Shown piece after piece: positions 46,038-60,334 of a stretch of 64,000 nucleotides of DNA (the stretch's first letter is position 1; each line of letters begins with the position of its first letter). Position numbers and translations under genes: made by a program. The DNA is from the human T2T-CHM13v2.0 reference genome, Homo sapiens. The notes under the pieces were generated by a model that was not told where the DNA came from, searched no databases, and was given only the letters and a program-made list of their open reading frames with translations. Location: the NCBI RefSeq assembly GCF_009914755.1, contig NC_060934.1. One strand, given 5' to 3'.

Positions 46038-49000
46038 GAGACTAAGCAGGCTACACTCACACTGAGTAACAAATATCCTAGGGAGTATCTGCCACAGATG
46101 GATGACAGACTCCCACTCTCATTTCATGGGGCTGAGTCGTTCACTCCAACTTCCAAGGTAGTCTTTTGACAACATTCCTGGTCAACCCTCAGGCTTCTCA
46201 TTCAGTGTGCCTGCAGTTCACACTGCCCCCTTCACACATACTTTAGAACATCCTCCTCAACCCCTGCCCACCCAGCCCGGGAATTTCCCTCCCATGTGGT
46301 GTATGTCACACATCACAGTATCTGCCCAGCTGTTCCCTACCGCTTCTGACAGCCCACTGCATTCTGTGAGGATGGAAAAGCATTACTCTTGTTCAAACTT
46401 TCTCCTCCAGGCCCAGCATCGTCTCTGGCACTGAGCAGAAATCTAATAAACAATTGGCAAATGCACAAATGTATTTTTAAGAATGTTTTATATTTAGTGA
46501 GTTAGAGCACTGGATTAAAGGTTAAATGACTTTCTGTACTATTTCTGTCATTAGCTGCAAACTCCAAGAGAGCTGCTTAGACTGTTTGGAATTTAGCATT
46601 ATACAGTTAGAAAGATGATAAATTGCTTCTACTGAAAACACACAGGCTGACTGTTTTCCTTTGTGTCGTACAAAAGTCCAGATATTGGAGAGAAAATAAA
46701 GATCATTAAGACACAGTCCTTATGTTCAAGGAGTTTCATATGGAAAACAGGAATGTAAGCAGGTAACTCAGTGAAGGAAGGAGTAAACCCCAGATACCGT
46801 GGAAGCCCTGGCACCAGGGCCAGGATGCTTCCCGATGGAGGCAGTTGAGAACCATGCCTGCAACGAACAGAAGTTCCTTCACTGAAAGTCTCGGGGAAGG
46901 GAATAGTCAGCATAAAGAACGTCATGTGCAAATCAGCATGAGGCAGTTATTAGCGTCTTTATGTCATGTGCAAATCAGCGTGAGACACTAGTAACTAGCA
47001 AGACACTATGGACTAGTTGCCAGTCCCTCTACAGGGATCGTTTTGAAAGGAGAGATGCCACAGAAACGCTGATGGGTCAAGCAGCTCTTCCAATCATCAA
47101 GTGAGGAATGAAGAAAGCCCGAACTCATGAGACAGCGGAGGAAACCCGGGAGGGACTAGAACAAAGTCCAGGCACGGAGGCCCACAGGCCTGAAGGGGCC
47201 TGGGCTGTATCTGCACACTCAGCCATCGGCAGTTAGTGGCACACTTTCCACTGAGACAGTGGGGGCAGGTCCCCGGGGCCGGCAAATTCGCGGAACACCA
47301 GCCAGGGGCATCTCCGCTGCCTCCACAGGACAAACCAGAGACTGCAATGAGAGGGAGGAGCTGCAGCTCCAAGTTGGGCCATTTACTATTCTGAAACGCA
47401 GAAACTGGTATTTCTTGACATGGGCTCCCCAGAAGTCACCTAGTATGAGAGCCACGCCTCTCTACAGATGCTAGGAGTCCCCATTCCAGCCTTTCCTGGT
47501 GCTGCTGAAAGAAAAGGGAGGAGAACTGCGTGGCTCTAGACTATCGAAGGGGAAAAAAAACCACTGGTGTAGAATTTTTTAAAAAACCGTTTTGGGCTGG
47601 GAGACCTCAGGAGCTAATCCAGCATAGTTATGCAGACTAGAACCTCCACTGACCCCAAGGGACAGGGGAGGTGTGGACTGGGGGAAGCACAGAGACCGTC
47701 ATAAGCCTCAATATGGTCCCAGTCATAGGTCCACAATTCCAACCAGATAACAACAGAAAACTACCAGAAAACAACACAAATCCTCTGGCAAGGTAATTCC
47801 ATGACCTACCTTGATAACTCGCTTTCCTTTCTCCACTTGCGGAAAATGCCCTCTTAATTCCAACCTAAATCTTCGTGCCTGTGTCCTCAGCTTCCCTCCT
47901 TTTTTGCCAAAGTCCCTGTACAACCTACAACCAGATAGTTACTTGTTTGCTAATAAGACAAGGCACCCTCCCTCTTCTCTCATGTAGTTGAAATATTTCA
48001 GCAACAAACTCAGTTCTTATAGTCTGAATTCATCTTCAAAATGTTACTATTACCCCAGTCATGGTATTTGCTTCAATAGCAATGCTGTGGGGATTCACAT
48101 TAACTAGTTAGCCACAAAGAGAATAAATGTCACTCCACATGCTGAGGAGCAGAGTGGGAGCTCACAGCTCCAAACGTGGCTGTGACATCAACCCTTGACC
48201 CTTGGCATAACCCAGGGGAAGTTCCTAAACATGACAAGCCAGGGTTTCCATGACTATTCTGTAAGCAGAGATGCATGCCTGGGCAATTAACTGGCTTGAT
48301 TCTTGTTTTTATGAGAAAGAAGGTCTAGTAAAAGTGATTGATTACAAGGAGCATTCCAAAGTGCGAGGATCATGATTCAACATCATAAATCAGGTTGTTA
48401 TTAAAGGAAAACTGTTGAGAAAGAACAAAAATTATGACATACCTTTCCCTCCTCAGTTTAGGTGGAGCTGAGGAGTCCCCGCGCCTAAAATACAAGCTGC
48501 ATTTGGTTTGTAAGCACCAGTAGGAATGAAAGGAGGTGTATTTGAATAACTGACTCCCTCACTCTCTCTCTCTTTTTCTTTCTTATCAATAACAGAACAG
48601 GAAATTTAGAATAAGTAAAGTTCCTAAGGTTTTGTCTTCTATGATTCTTCAAATAGACAAATCAAAAACACTATATCATAAAACATTTCAATAAAAACTT
48701 TGCAAAAGGGTTACAATGTTAAAAAAAAAAATGCTGCACCTGTAGCTGTCAATAAGTCATTCTGAGGCTGACTGTAAGTTCTGCCTGCTTTATTTCATAA
48801 CCAGAATGCATTTGGATTATTGCATGTGGCAGTTCTTGAAAAAGTCAGTTGTAAACAGACCCTGAACAAATTCCCTGAATTCTTCTTCTATCAATTACCT
48901 GAGATCAAATTATGTTTGTGAAAAATGAAGCTTTACTACTAGCAATTATTTTTAAGCAATGAAATGTAGCAGATATTAACTTATGGTTTTCTTCCTGTTA

Positions 49001-49812
49001 ACACTAAGACTGTATTAGATGAAATTTATAGTTGTTTAACAAAACAAAAACTATTATGTCAGCCTTAGAAGCAGTAATTCATCAATTTATGTAGAGCAAA
49101 CAATTCATGCCAGATGAGTACAGAGAAATAAATTTCCTACTCACTTTGCAACCATTATTCTTTCCACCACGGAAAGATGGGGTAATCTGAGACTAAAAAG
49201 AGAGAGAGAGAGAGACAGAGAGACAGAAAAAGAGAAAGAAAGGGTGGTGTAATAAAATAGGGCCTTATTTAGACACTAAATATAACCACAACCTAGAGTT
49301 CACTTATCCAATAACCATAAGCTCTTGATGATTTCTGTCAGTATATCCAGTATTTCAATAACCCCAATAAAATAAATTACTGAGATTTAAAACCAGTCCG
49401 AAATGCCCCTTTCAATAACCACTCCTCATCAAAATTCTTATTTCTTTAGAATATTTTCTGCCGGAAGAGAAAGGGAGAAGCAATATTTCATTACCATTTT
49501 AGAATGATTTTGTAAGCAGGGATATAAATGTAGTCACACATATTTATGCCAGATAGGAGCTTATCTTGCTTGACCACATAAAAAGTTAGGTTACATGGAG
49601 TGGAGAAGATCAAAGATTATTTCATTGTTCTTTCCTCTCATTTCCCTTCCTGCATGTTACTAAGGATCCTGCGACACCCGACAGAAGGTGCTGGCCGAAA
49701 GGCAGGAGCCCACGATAAATGAAGTGCTCTCTGCATGGGCGAGGTGGGCCACGGAGATGGGTCTTCAGCACAGGGAGCAGAGAAACAGAATGAACCCAAG
49801 CAAATCACTCAC

Positions 49813-50176
49813 TGACATGGTTTGGCTATGTCCCCACCCAAATCTCATCTTGAACTGTAGCTCCCACAATTCACTTGTGTCTTGGGAGGGACCCACCGGG
49901 AGGTAACTGAATCGTGGGGTGGGTCTTTCCCATGCTGTTCTTGTGACAGGGAGTAAGTCTCACCAGATCTGATGGTTTCATAAAGGGGAGTTCCCCTGCA
50001 CACACTCTCTTGCCCGTCACCATACAAGACATACCTTTGTTCCCCTTTGACTTCCGCCATGATTGTGAGGCCTCCCCAGCCATGTGGAACTGTGAGTCCA
50101 TTAAACCTCTTTTTTTATATACAAATTACCCAGTCTTGGGTCTTTCTTCATAGCAGAGTGAAAATGGACTAATACA
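49813..50176 (+). mobile_element. THE1 (THE1B/C-like) MaLR solo LTR
   Basis: tgacatggtttggctatgtccccacccaaatctcatcttgaac...ggactaataca. Confidence 0.9.
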
Positions 50177-51924
50177 CGTACTAAGGGGCTTGGTTTTCTC
50201 AATATGGTTACAAGGAGTCCCTAACTTAACAAACGGGTTATGTTCCAAGGGACCTTTAACAAATCAGTGTCAGAACTCCCAAACTCATTTGAGTAACAGC
50301 AATAGCTCAGTGAGGAATGGCTGTCCAGGCCCTTAGACTTTACAGATATGAAATATACTGAATACGATTTAACTATGCCTAAATATCCTATCGATGCCGT
50401 CCATCAGAGAGAGAAATTCTAACTCCAAAGATTCATGTCAAAAACAAATTCAGGAAAGGAGAAGGAAATCTCTTGTCTGGACAGAGAAGAGGGACAAACA
50501 CCACCGGGTACCAAAGTACTACTAAATCTACATTTGGAATAAGACAGGTCCCACCCTGTGCCTAAAGGAGACAGCTCTCCATGTCAGTCACCTCCTAATT
50601 ACGTGAGAAGAAACAGGACAGTTGCACCCCTGGGAGGACAGGCTCCAGAAACAGCATGGCAGGAGGACCAACAGAGTTATCTTCCTCCCTTTTCTTTTCA
50701 GGAGTGACAACAGGAGCATCAGCTCCTAGCTCAGAGTCCCTCTCCTTCTACAGAAAGAGCGCCTGTGTTCATTAGTAAAGTATTAAAGTGGAAGTTCTTT
50801 TAGCAAAACTGTGAAAAAAGGCATTGCAAAAAAATTCTACCCATGCTGCTTACTCGGGTAATTACTGAATCTCAAAAATAAACCTTCAAGGATCAACCTA
50901 CAATTAGGGAGGCGACATCACCTGCAATCGTCTTCTTTCCACGTGCAAAGTACTTGGCATGATGATTAAATGACAGGCTATCAGCATTGAAGCCAGTGTG
51001 CTAGATTCTATAAATGATATTTAGGTTCTTTTACAGAAGCTTTTTCCATACATGAACAATAACTCAGCAGTGTCTCCCTCCCCGAGTTCCTGTATCCTGT
51101 CATTAATTAAGTACCTGTGGGTCCTCCACTATATTATAAACTCCTGTGAGAAACAGGGATGATATTTTATTGGGCCCACCTCCAGCCCCCTAGCAAGCTG
51201 TCTCTGACTTGCGTAGTATTCAGCAAGCATTGAACAAGAAAATAAATTGCACCATTATGGTAGGCATGATGCAAGGAAACAGGAAAATTGATCCCTGTCT
51301 AGCCAGGAAGGAAGATCATCCAGACAGAGTGAAATCAACGGGAAAACCAGATACCTAACTGGCAGTCTGGGGCAGCCTTATCAATACTGCACCATTGACT
51401 TAGCAAAGGTCTACCCTTTCGGGAGACTCAAATTTTCTAGAAGAATGCAGGAGAGGCAAGGCGACAAAAGTAGAAATGGCACTGGACTGAACTGGTTATG
51501 TTCCAATTTCTGCACGTTTTGTGACTCCAGTGAAATCACTTAACCTTTCCAAATCCCTCTTTCCTCATTCAGAACACAGCAGGAACAGTGTGGGGAAGTA
51601 AAACAAAACCATCTCTATGGGTTGCCCCAATTACTGGAACACGATTCAAAGCAGAGTCTGAAAGAAATTAGCCTTCAGTGTTACACATATTTGATATAGC
51701 TCATTTATTTACTAAACTCTAAGTATTTCAGATCAACTTAAAATGGACTCGTTTTCCAACTGACTTAGAAAGGCAGCCTTTCATTAAGCCATACCTGTAC
51801 CTTAATGTTGCAAAGATTCAATTTATGTTCATAGGGGTCAAAAAGAAGCCATTAACCATGCCCCAGTCAATGACAAGTGTGTGGAGTCAGTCTTCAGTTA
51901 GAGGCACACACAGAGTGCTCTCCG

Positions 51925-52263
51925 GCAGGCTTCAGTGAACTGTGCGTGGCTTTCAGGCCAAACTCCACCCACCCCCGGCACTTGCCTGTGTTTGCAAGGC
52001 TCAGAAGCCAAGAGTGTTTTTCACATTTTTAAATGGTTGGAAAAGTCAATATTTCATGACATATGAAAATTATATGAAATTCAAATTTTTGTGTCCGTAA
52101 ATAAAGTTTATTGGAGCACAGCCACGTCATTCATTTATGTATTGCTCACGGCTGCTCTCGTGCCACAACAGTGAACTGAGTAGCGGCAACAGGAACCAGA
52201 TGGCCCACAAAGCCCAAAATATTTACTCTGTGGCCTTTTACAGAAAAAGTTCGCTAACCCCCG
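51925..52263. mobile_element. MER58B-like (hAT-Charlie) DNA transposon
   Basis: tgaaaattatatgaaattcaaattt...aaataaagtttattggagcacagcc...tggcccacaaagcccaaaatatttac...gaaaaagttcgctaaccc. Confidence 0.75.
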
Positions 52264-52724
52264 CTGTAGAGTTTCCAGAAGAAGCAGGTATTCTAAGAGT
52301 AGGATACAATGGATCAGATAATATCTATAATTCATCAAATCAAGGATGCTTTAAAAGAATTAATAATAATCATCTACAAATATAATATATGCCACAAATA
52401 GCAACTAAAAAAAAAATGATACAGAAGATGAAGCCAAGAAAAGGGGGAAAAAAAAAAGAGGAAGGAAAGAGAAAATGATATGACAAATGACAAAGAGGAA
52501 AAGAGAAAACATTGTCCCTACTCCAGGATGCTCTGTGCAATGCTAGCAACTTCTAGATTATCAATAAGTGTGTTACTATACTGGCTGAAGTTAAAAATGC
52601 ATGTCATTTACATTGCATATGGGGAGAGAGGAAACAGCTAAAATTACCAAGCCACCATCCTCATGCCAAAGCATCCCTGATAACCATGGGGTAGAAAATA
52701 TGGCATACCTTAGGGCAAAATGTC

Positions 52725-53580
52725 CTTTAAGTCTCACTATTGATACAAAAATATTCATGCAAACAGCACTTAGAAAAATATAAATTTTAAAAGATACCAT
52801 TTACATAAGCTTCAAAACACATAGAATATATAAGAATAAATCTTCTAAAAGGTAGAAAACTATTACACAGAAAACTACAATGTTTTATAAAAATACATAA
52901 AAGAAGATGTAAACAAAGGAAATACATACCATGTTCATGGATTAGAGAACTCAGTATTATAAAGATGTACATTTTCCTTAAAACGATTTAGTCGACCCTA
53001 TTCCAATCCAAATCCCAACAGATTTCTTTTGTAGAACTAGATAACCCAATTCTAAAAATTATATGGAAGTAAAGTGTCCCAAGGAGAGCCAAAACACTCT
53101 TCAAGAACACCAACAAACTAGGGACCCTGCCATACAGATGACAAAAGCAGTCATACATAAACAACTTTAAAGATACAGTATAGATAAAGAGACTAGACAA
53201 ACTAGTGAAATGAAATAGAGAAGTCAAACAAATAGACAAATCCAATTAATGGTTAGAACTGGCTCCATACATCAGTAGGGGGAGAACAGACTCTCTGATA
53301 AATAGTTCTAGGACAACTGGTTTATCCGTATGGAGAAAAAAGAAATTAGTCTTCTGCTATATGCACTGCCTGAAAATCAATTCCAGTTGAACTAAGGACT
53401 TACATGGGAAAGGCAAAACTACAAAGCTGTTGGAGAACAAGAATATAGAATACATTTTTGCTATCCATGTGGAAGAGGAAAAGATTTCTTACTGGAGACA
53501 CAGAAAGCATAAAAGATCAATAAAATCAGCTTAGTAAAATTAAGAATTTCCATCCACTAAGAAGTCATTAAAAAGAAAAC
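52725..53580 (+). mobile_element. Ancient L1M ORF2 fragment (continues at ~54595-54705)
   Basis: Diverged L1 motifs: ataccatgttcatggattag, aattctaaaaattatatggaa, aaaatcaattccag, aaaattaagaatttc. Confidence 0.7.
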
Positions 53581-53780
53581 TACAAGCCACAAACTATTAA
53601 AAGCAAGAATTTCTGCTATAATATCACATATCTGTTCCTGAAAAGTGTCCCATTTTGCAAATATGAGTGCTGAAAATAAGACAGCTTATGAAAACTAAGG
53701 TTTAGGGAAGAATTCTCAAAGCCACATAACTTACAAAAATAGTAATAATCCTAACATCCTCACCATAACATTAGCATGTA

Positions 53781-54091
53781 AGCCAGGTGCAGCAGCTCGT
53801 GCCTATAGTGCCTGAGACTCAGGAGGCTGAAGCAGAAGGACTCCTTCAGTCCAGGAGTTTGAGACCAGCCCAGGCAACAGAGCAAGACTCCATCTCTATA
53901 AAAACATTTTTTTTAAATTAGCCAGGCCTGGTGGTACACGCCTCTAGTCCCAGCTTCTTGAGAGGCTGATGCCATAGGATCATTTTCAGCCCAGGAAGTA
54001 GAGGCTGCAATGAGCTATAATTGCACCACTGCACTCTCCAGAGCGATGGAGAGAGAGACCCCATCTCAAAAAACAAACAAACAACAACAAA
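53781..54091 (+). mobile_element. Alu (old AluJ-like)
   Basis: Diverged dimer with (AAAC)n tail. Confidence 0.82.
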
Positions 54092-54705
54092 AATTTAGCA
54101 CCTATTAAAAGGCATGTTACATACCTAATAAATACTACAATAAATTTAGACCTTTTCCTTAAAAAAAAAATTGAAAGGTGGAGGTCACTTGATGGAGAGA
54201 AATATAAGGAAGGGTTGAAAATGCTACATTAATGGGGCCAAGGACAAATGTCCAAGGATGCTGGAGATGGGGACATAAAACTTCCAAGAAAAAGCACATG
54301 ACCCAAGGTCACCAACAGAAAGAATGTAAGGTGAATGGCAATGTGATAGTCCTGGCTCCCCTGCAGCTCTCTCATTTCAGCTGTGCTAAGGTAGCTGGTG
54401 ATCAGCGGCTATTACTTGATGTAAAACATTAACGTGCTGGGGAAGCTACCGGGAAAGTGGGCCCACTTTTACATTATGCAGACATGAATGCTGTACTTAC
54501 CAGTTACACATGAACTCTCTCACACTACAGAAGCCTGCACAGTAAACAATCAACTGATTCTGCAACACATAACTAATGCCGGATCAATAAAGAACTACAG
54601 ACCAGTAGAAAGAAGAAAAATGAGCAAAGACACTTACGCACTTCCCAGAAATGGATATCCAAATGGCTAGAAAACATGTGAAAGGATCCTCAAGTTCAAT
54701 GGTCA

Positions 54706-54965
54706 TGACAGTTAATTTTATGTGTCAACTTGACTGGACCACGAGGTGCCCAGATATTTGGCCAAACATTATTCTGGGTGCATCCGCGAGGGTGTTTCCG
54801 AAAGAGGCTAACATTTGAAATTGTAGACTGAGTAAAGTGGACAGCCCTCCGTCATGTGGATAGACCTCATCTAATCAGTTGAAGAACTGCATAGAACAAA
54901 GGGCTAACCTTATTCCTGCAAGGAAGGGGGACCTTCTCCTGCCTGAATGCTGGAGCAAGACGTCG
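54706..54965 (+). mobile_element. MLT2-family LTR, partial
   Basis: gttaattttatgtgtcaacttgactgg...gtgcccagatatttgg...aacattattctgggtg...aatcagttgaag. Confidence 0.75.
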
Positions 54966-55629
54966 GTCTTTGTCACTGTTATGAAGCGGCTGTGTAAACA
55001 TTTGTGGACTGACCAATATCTGTTCACATAATCCATGTCAGAGATTGATGGTCTCATCAGCCAGGTACACATTGTCCAGGTCTGCTGCCTCTCAGTTAAA
55101 GCCACAGGGCTGATTCTCACCCGTGAAAAGTGAAGCTGTGCTTTCTCCAAGCTCTTTCTTTCCTATCTCCAGCTGAATGCAGAGGAGGACGAGGCCTGAC
55201 AAAGATGGCAGGGCCCCAGGATAGAAGATAGCTGGCACATGGAACGGGGGTGTATAGGAAAAGCTGTCTGTCCCTCACATTGGACTGTGACAGGATCAAC
55301 AAAATTAAACATCACAGCATCAGGCCCTGAGATGTGCTGACCTGTCGCAGCAGCTACTGAGGCACCCTGAACCTGGCCCTTGTTACTTACCCTACTACAT
55401 TTTTATAAGGGAACATATATGCTCGCCTTACTCTCATGTTAAAATAGTAATTCAGTAAATGTCCTACGCATAGCCTCTTACATCCATAATAATCCTTTCA
55501 AGAAAGGAGGAGGAGGAGGTGGGTGTCTGTAACAATGAAAAACCAAAGACAATTCAGCCAGAAAAACCAGTAAAGACCAAAAGACCTAAATATGCCCTTA
55601 GTAAGCCCAGAGATGGCTCCAGTCTAGAC

Positions 55630-55844
55630 CAGGGTTTTTTAATAGTATCAGCACTATTGACACTCTGGACCACATCACTCTGTGTTGTAGGGGACAGCGC
55701 TGTATTCTGCAGATGTTTAGCAGTACCCCGGGTCCTACACACTAATGCCAATAATACTGCCTCCAGTTGTGGCAACAAAACTTGTCTCCAGATATTGCCA
55801 AATATAACCTGGGGAACAAAATCCTCCTTAGTTGGGAACCACTG
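55630..55844 (+). mobile_element. MER20-like DNA transposon
   Basis: cagcactattgaca...gatgtttagcag...tgtctccagatattgccaaat...gttgggaaccactg. Confidence 0.7.
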
Positions 55845-56472
55845 GTTTAGAGAGAGCACCTGGTGAACAGTTTCAAACATCTATATTAACTTGATGCTGT
55901 CTAGCCAAATGTCACATGTTGATTCGGTACACAGAAAGACCTCTCCGACAAGGACACATCATGCTGTCCCACGCCAGAGGGGAAATGCCCAAACCAGAAC
56001 AAGGTGCAAAACCGGGCATGAATGCCAGGCGCTGAGAACTCCATGTCCCAAGATGCCGATTCCAACTGCTGGGATCTCATGCCACGGTTAGTGCACCCCG
56101 TGCCCAAGGCACTTACCTTCCTGAGCTGAAAGGTGAACTTTGTTTCTGTCCTACCTCCTCAAGCAATGAAAGAAACAGACAGTGATAAAGGGTACATCTA
56201 AACATTTTAATACAGTAGTCCATTCTCTATCTGTTCTAATGAGGAAAAACAGTGATGAAATTGATGAAAGGGGTGGGTAACTCAGGAATCACTGACATTT
56301 ACTTTTGGCAAAGTCTGTCTGATTTTTCCTCTTCCTAAATGGATCTTCTTCAGAATTTTCTTTTGCTAAGGCTCATATGAAGCTGCTGTGCATTTTCTGA
56401 CTACATGCTAGCTCCATAGAGGAAACAGGCAGGTTTGAAAAAAAGGCTTCGTGTGCAAAAAATGTCAGCCAG

Positions 56473-56861
<389 letters not shown>

Positions 56862-57685
56862 TCATTCTAAATCTTAAGACGTCCCATTATACAATCCATG
56901 TAATTGTACACAGAACAAATCTCTTCTTCCCAGTCTATCGAGCACCTGAATTACTAAGAACATAATTGCCCTCTTTGAACTTAACAAGATTAATCTAGAG
57001 CTAAACATTTCCAATGGCTATCTCTAGGTAGTCCATCTTTCATTGTGACATTTCAACAGCTATACTCTACTTTGCAAACTAACAGATTCTTCCATTGACG
57101 GCGACTCGGTATTTTTCTATCTGCAAATTCACCTGCTAAGAATGTAAAGTGATTTTTAAAGGAGAACTTGGCTAATAAATCTATCACATCCTCCATCGTC
57201 ATCCAAGAGTGACTAACCCACTTGGGTTTATCTTGATTGACTTACAACTCTGCCAGCAGTCGCTCAGCTACACAGAGCAATAAATGATCTCCCTGCAAGC
57301 TGCTATGATTAATCACCACCCTTCAGTTAAAGTCAATATCCTACTCACGTCATGTTGACAAAAAGAAAAATTTGGTAATAAGAAATAGATTTCCTTTATC
57401 TAGGCTGAAGATATATAAATTACAATCAGATTATGTAGATAAAATACATGAGCTAAATTTATCTGCTGTAAATACACTTGTCACAGCCCTTCTAAATGCC
57501 TCTAAAAAAGGGGGTTTATTGAAGTGCCGGAGTTAGTGGGCAGTTGAAGAAAGGCCCGGGCAACAATTCCTGAAAAGGTCATTTGTAACTCATTCAAATT
57601 CTTTCTTTTCACTCTACAAGTCGCAAACTAAAAATCTCTTCATTTCCCTGGCCCAGAATGTTTTTACGAAGCACTTACAAAAAAT

Positions 57686-57947
57686 ACAGAAAACCAAACA
57701 CTGCATGTTCTCACTCATAGGTGGGAATTGAACAATGAGAACGCTTGGACACAGGATGGGGAACATCACACACAGGGGCCTGTCGTGGAGTGGGGGGAGG
57801 GAGGAGGGATAGCATTAGGAGAAATACCTAATGTTAATGATGAGTTAATGGGTGCAGCACACCAGCATGGCACATGTATACATATGTAACAAACCTGCAC
57901 ATTGTGCACATGTACCCTAGAACGTAAAGTATAATTTAAAAAAAAAA
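57686..57947 (+). mobile_element. L1PA 3'-end fragment (~260 nt)
   Basis: aaaccaaacactgcatgttctcactcataggtgggaattgaac...gtaccctagaacgtaaagtataat plus A-tail. Confidence 0.9.
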
Positions 57948-58862
57948 TTGCACCACCCTAAGGCATAAGCCATAGGCTTGTAGGAGTAGTAACGGCATCA
58001 ACAGGGCTCTAGAGGTCCGAGGGAGCCGAGGCCACCACCCAACGCAGCCAAACTACCAACGGGTGAACAGCACGAGCACGTGATGAGTCCAGCAGACCAT
58101 TATCCACATCTTCACAAGACAGAAGTAAAGCACAAGGGAGCAGCACAGATTTGGGGGAACAGGAATGCTGAGGCCAGAAGTAAAATACAGAATAAAATAG
58201 AGGAAAAGAGAATGACGAGAATCCAGAAATTTTGCCTTAGAACCCACATCCTGGACAACCGGCCGGAGACAGCCTCATGTTTCACCCACTCACAGGGGTT
58301 TGAACTGCACATAGTCACATAAACATCCAGCAATAATCAGCAAATCAGTAGACTGCAACTGCCCGGAGACCTCTGTTCTCAGCTTAATGGTCTGTTTCGT
58401 TTATAGCTATTAGTGATCTTCCTAAGGGGCGTTAGCGAATCACAATGGTGTTTACTGAACCCCCCAGAATAGAAAGTCATGCTGGAGTTATTTTTTCCCT
58501 TTAGTTAATTATAAAGTGCTGAAACTGAGATTTTAATTACTTACCAGGTAAACAGACAATATAACCTAATTCCAGAAGGAGAGGGACAGCATTTCAAAGT
58601 AAAAACTAGACAGATTTTCTGGGATTGGGGATGCTTCCAGGTTTGGCTCTGCCAAAGGACTGTAATGAGAGGATTGGGGTGCTCCATCCACCTCGGGAGA
58701 AATAAACTAAATAAAACACTGAGTTCTGCTCTCAGATATGACCTGCAGCCAGTATTCCCAGCAGCGTTATCCTCATAGCATCCACCACCTCCGTGCAAGA
58801 TGCTGAGCCCAGAGCCTGTACATCCCATAAGTCATGAAGAAAATAAATTTTAAAATACAGAG

Positions 58863-58966
58863 AGAATAATACAATTGTTATACATAATAATATATATTAT
58901 ATATAATAACATATAACATTATTTATATAATAAATATAATACAATTGTTCTCAATTGTATTGTTCT
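58863..58966. repeat. AT-rich low-complexity tract with inverted repeats
   Basis: tatatattatatataata core, with aatacaattg units in both orientations. Confidence 0.8.
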
Positions 58967-59079
58967 ACAACGCAATTGCACTGTGTATGGTAAAAACCTA
59001 GAGGGGCGAATATAATATTCAACATTGACTAAAAAGTTATGTGACATATCCATACTGCACAGAAGCAATGGAGTGAAAT

Positions 59080-59316
59080 AAGATGGCACGATTGCAGCTC
59101 ACTGCAGCCTTGACCTCCTAGGCTCAAGCAATCTGCCCACCTCAGCCTCCCAAGTAGCTGGGAGTACAGGTGAATGCCACCAATCTTCGATAGTTTTTGT
59201 GTTTTCTCTACAGACAGAGTTTCGCCATGTTGCCTAGGCTGGTCTCCAACTCCTGGGTTCAAGTGATCTGGCCTTCCAAAGTGCTGAGATTACAGGCATG
59301 AGCTACCGCACCCAGC
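59080..59316 (-). mobile_element. Alu (AluJ-like), partial
   Basis: Reverse-complement Alu lacking its 3' end. Confidence 0.8.
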
Positions 59317-59333
59317 CAAACAAACGATTGGGG

Positions 59334-59491
59334 TTTTTTGTTTTTGTTTTTGTTTTTGCTGTTTTGTTTTGTTTAGAGATGGGGGTCTCACTTTGTTGCC
59401 CGGGCTGGTCTTGAACTCCTTGGCTTGAGTGATCCTCTCGCCTTGGCTCCCAAAGTGCTGGGATTACAGGTGTGAGCCACCATGTCCAGCC
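59334..59491 (-). mobile_element. FLAM / free left Alu monomer
   Basis: Single monomer with (GTTTT)n tail on the plus strand. Confidence 0.78.
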
Positions 59492-60334
59492 AGGTTGTAA
59501 GATGGTTGAGTGAAACCAACATGTCTCAGAACTGTGTGTTTGGCAAGACACCACTTTTCTCATCTAAATTTCTAATGTAAAATACCTTCATAAGAGTATC
59601 TTTATAGAAACAGGAAAATATCTAGATACATGCACAGCTTTTCTGCAGTTATTTCTGGGAAGTGAGTTTGAAGGGGGGAGAGGAAGGAGGACTTTCACAT
59701 TTTACTTTATATATTTATCTACATGCTATTTTCATTTCCAAGTTACTTTTGTCATTTTTTAAAAAGTAATGGAAAAATAGCATGAACCCCTATTGAAATT
59801 ATCACTGATTCAAACATGTCCTAGTTAGAACATTTAGTAAGAGTCTAATTTAGAATCATTGCACGTTAGGATTTACTCTTATATCCAAACTAGCATTTTC
59901 CTTCAATAGAGAAAAGAGGGACAACCCCTTAAGTGGGAGGCAGATGACACAGCGCTAATCAAAATGGGACACCAAACAGTTTTAGTTGTTTCCACTTGCT
60001 GCCTCGCAAAATGACTAAATCTGCTAACTTATTTACAAGTTACAGAAAAATCCACAAAGCATTAACAGCAAGGAGCCTACCACTGCATTATTGCTACATA
60101 ATGGCAAATCCAAATGTTGAACTGCTAGGCAGCTATGCAAACCACACAAGAGATACCCGGAAGAATGAACAAGCACTACCTGTAACATTTCTTAACGATC
60201 ACATGATCTCTGGGATTTCTATCTCAACCACACTTGGTGTAAGATGTTGGGTTATTATCCCAGCCTTTCTGTGACTATAGCTCTTTGGAAGGACAAGGGC
60301 ATTACAGCTAAAACATGCATAAAAAACCAGACCC

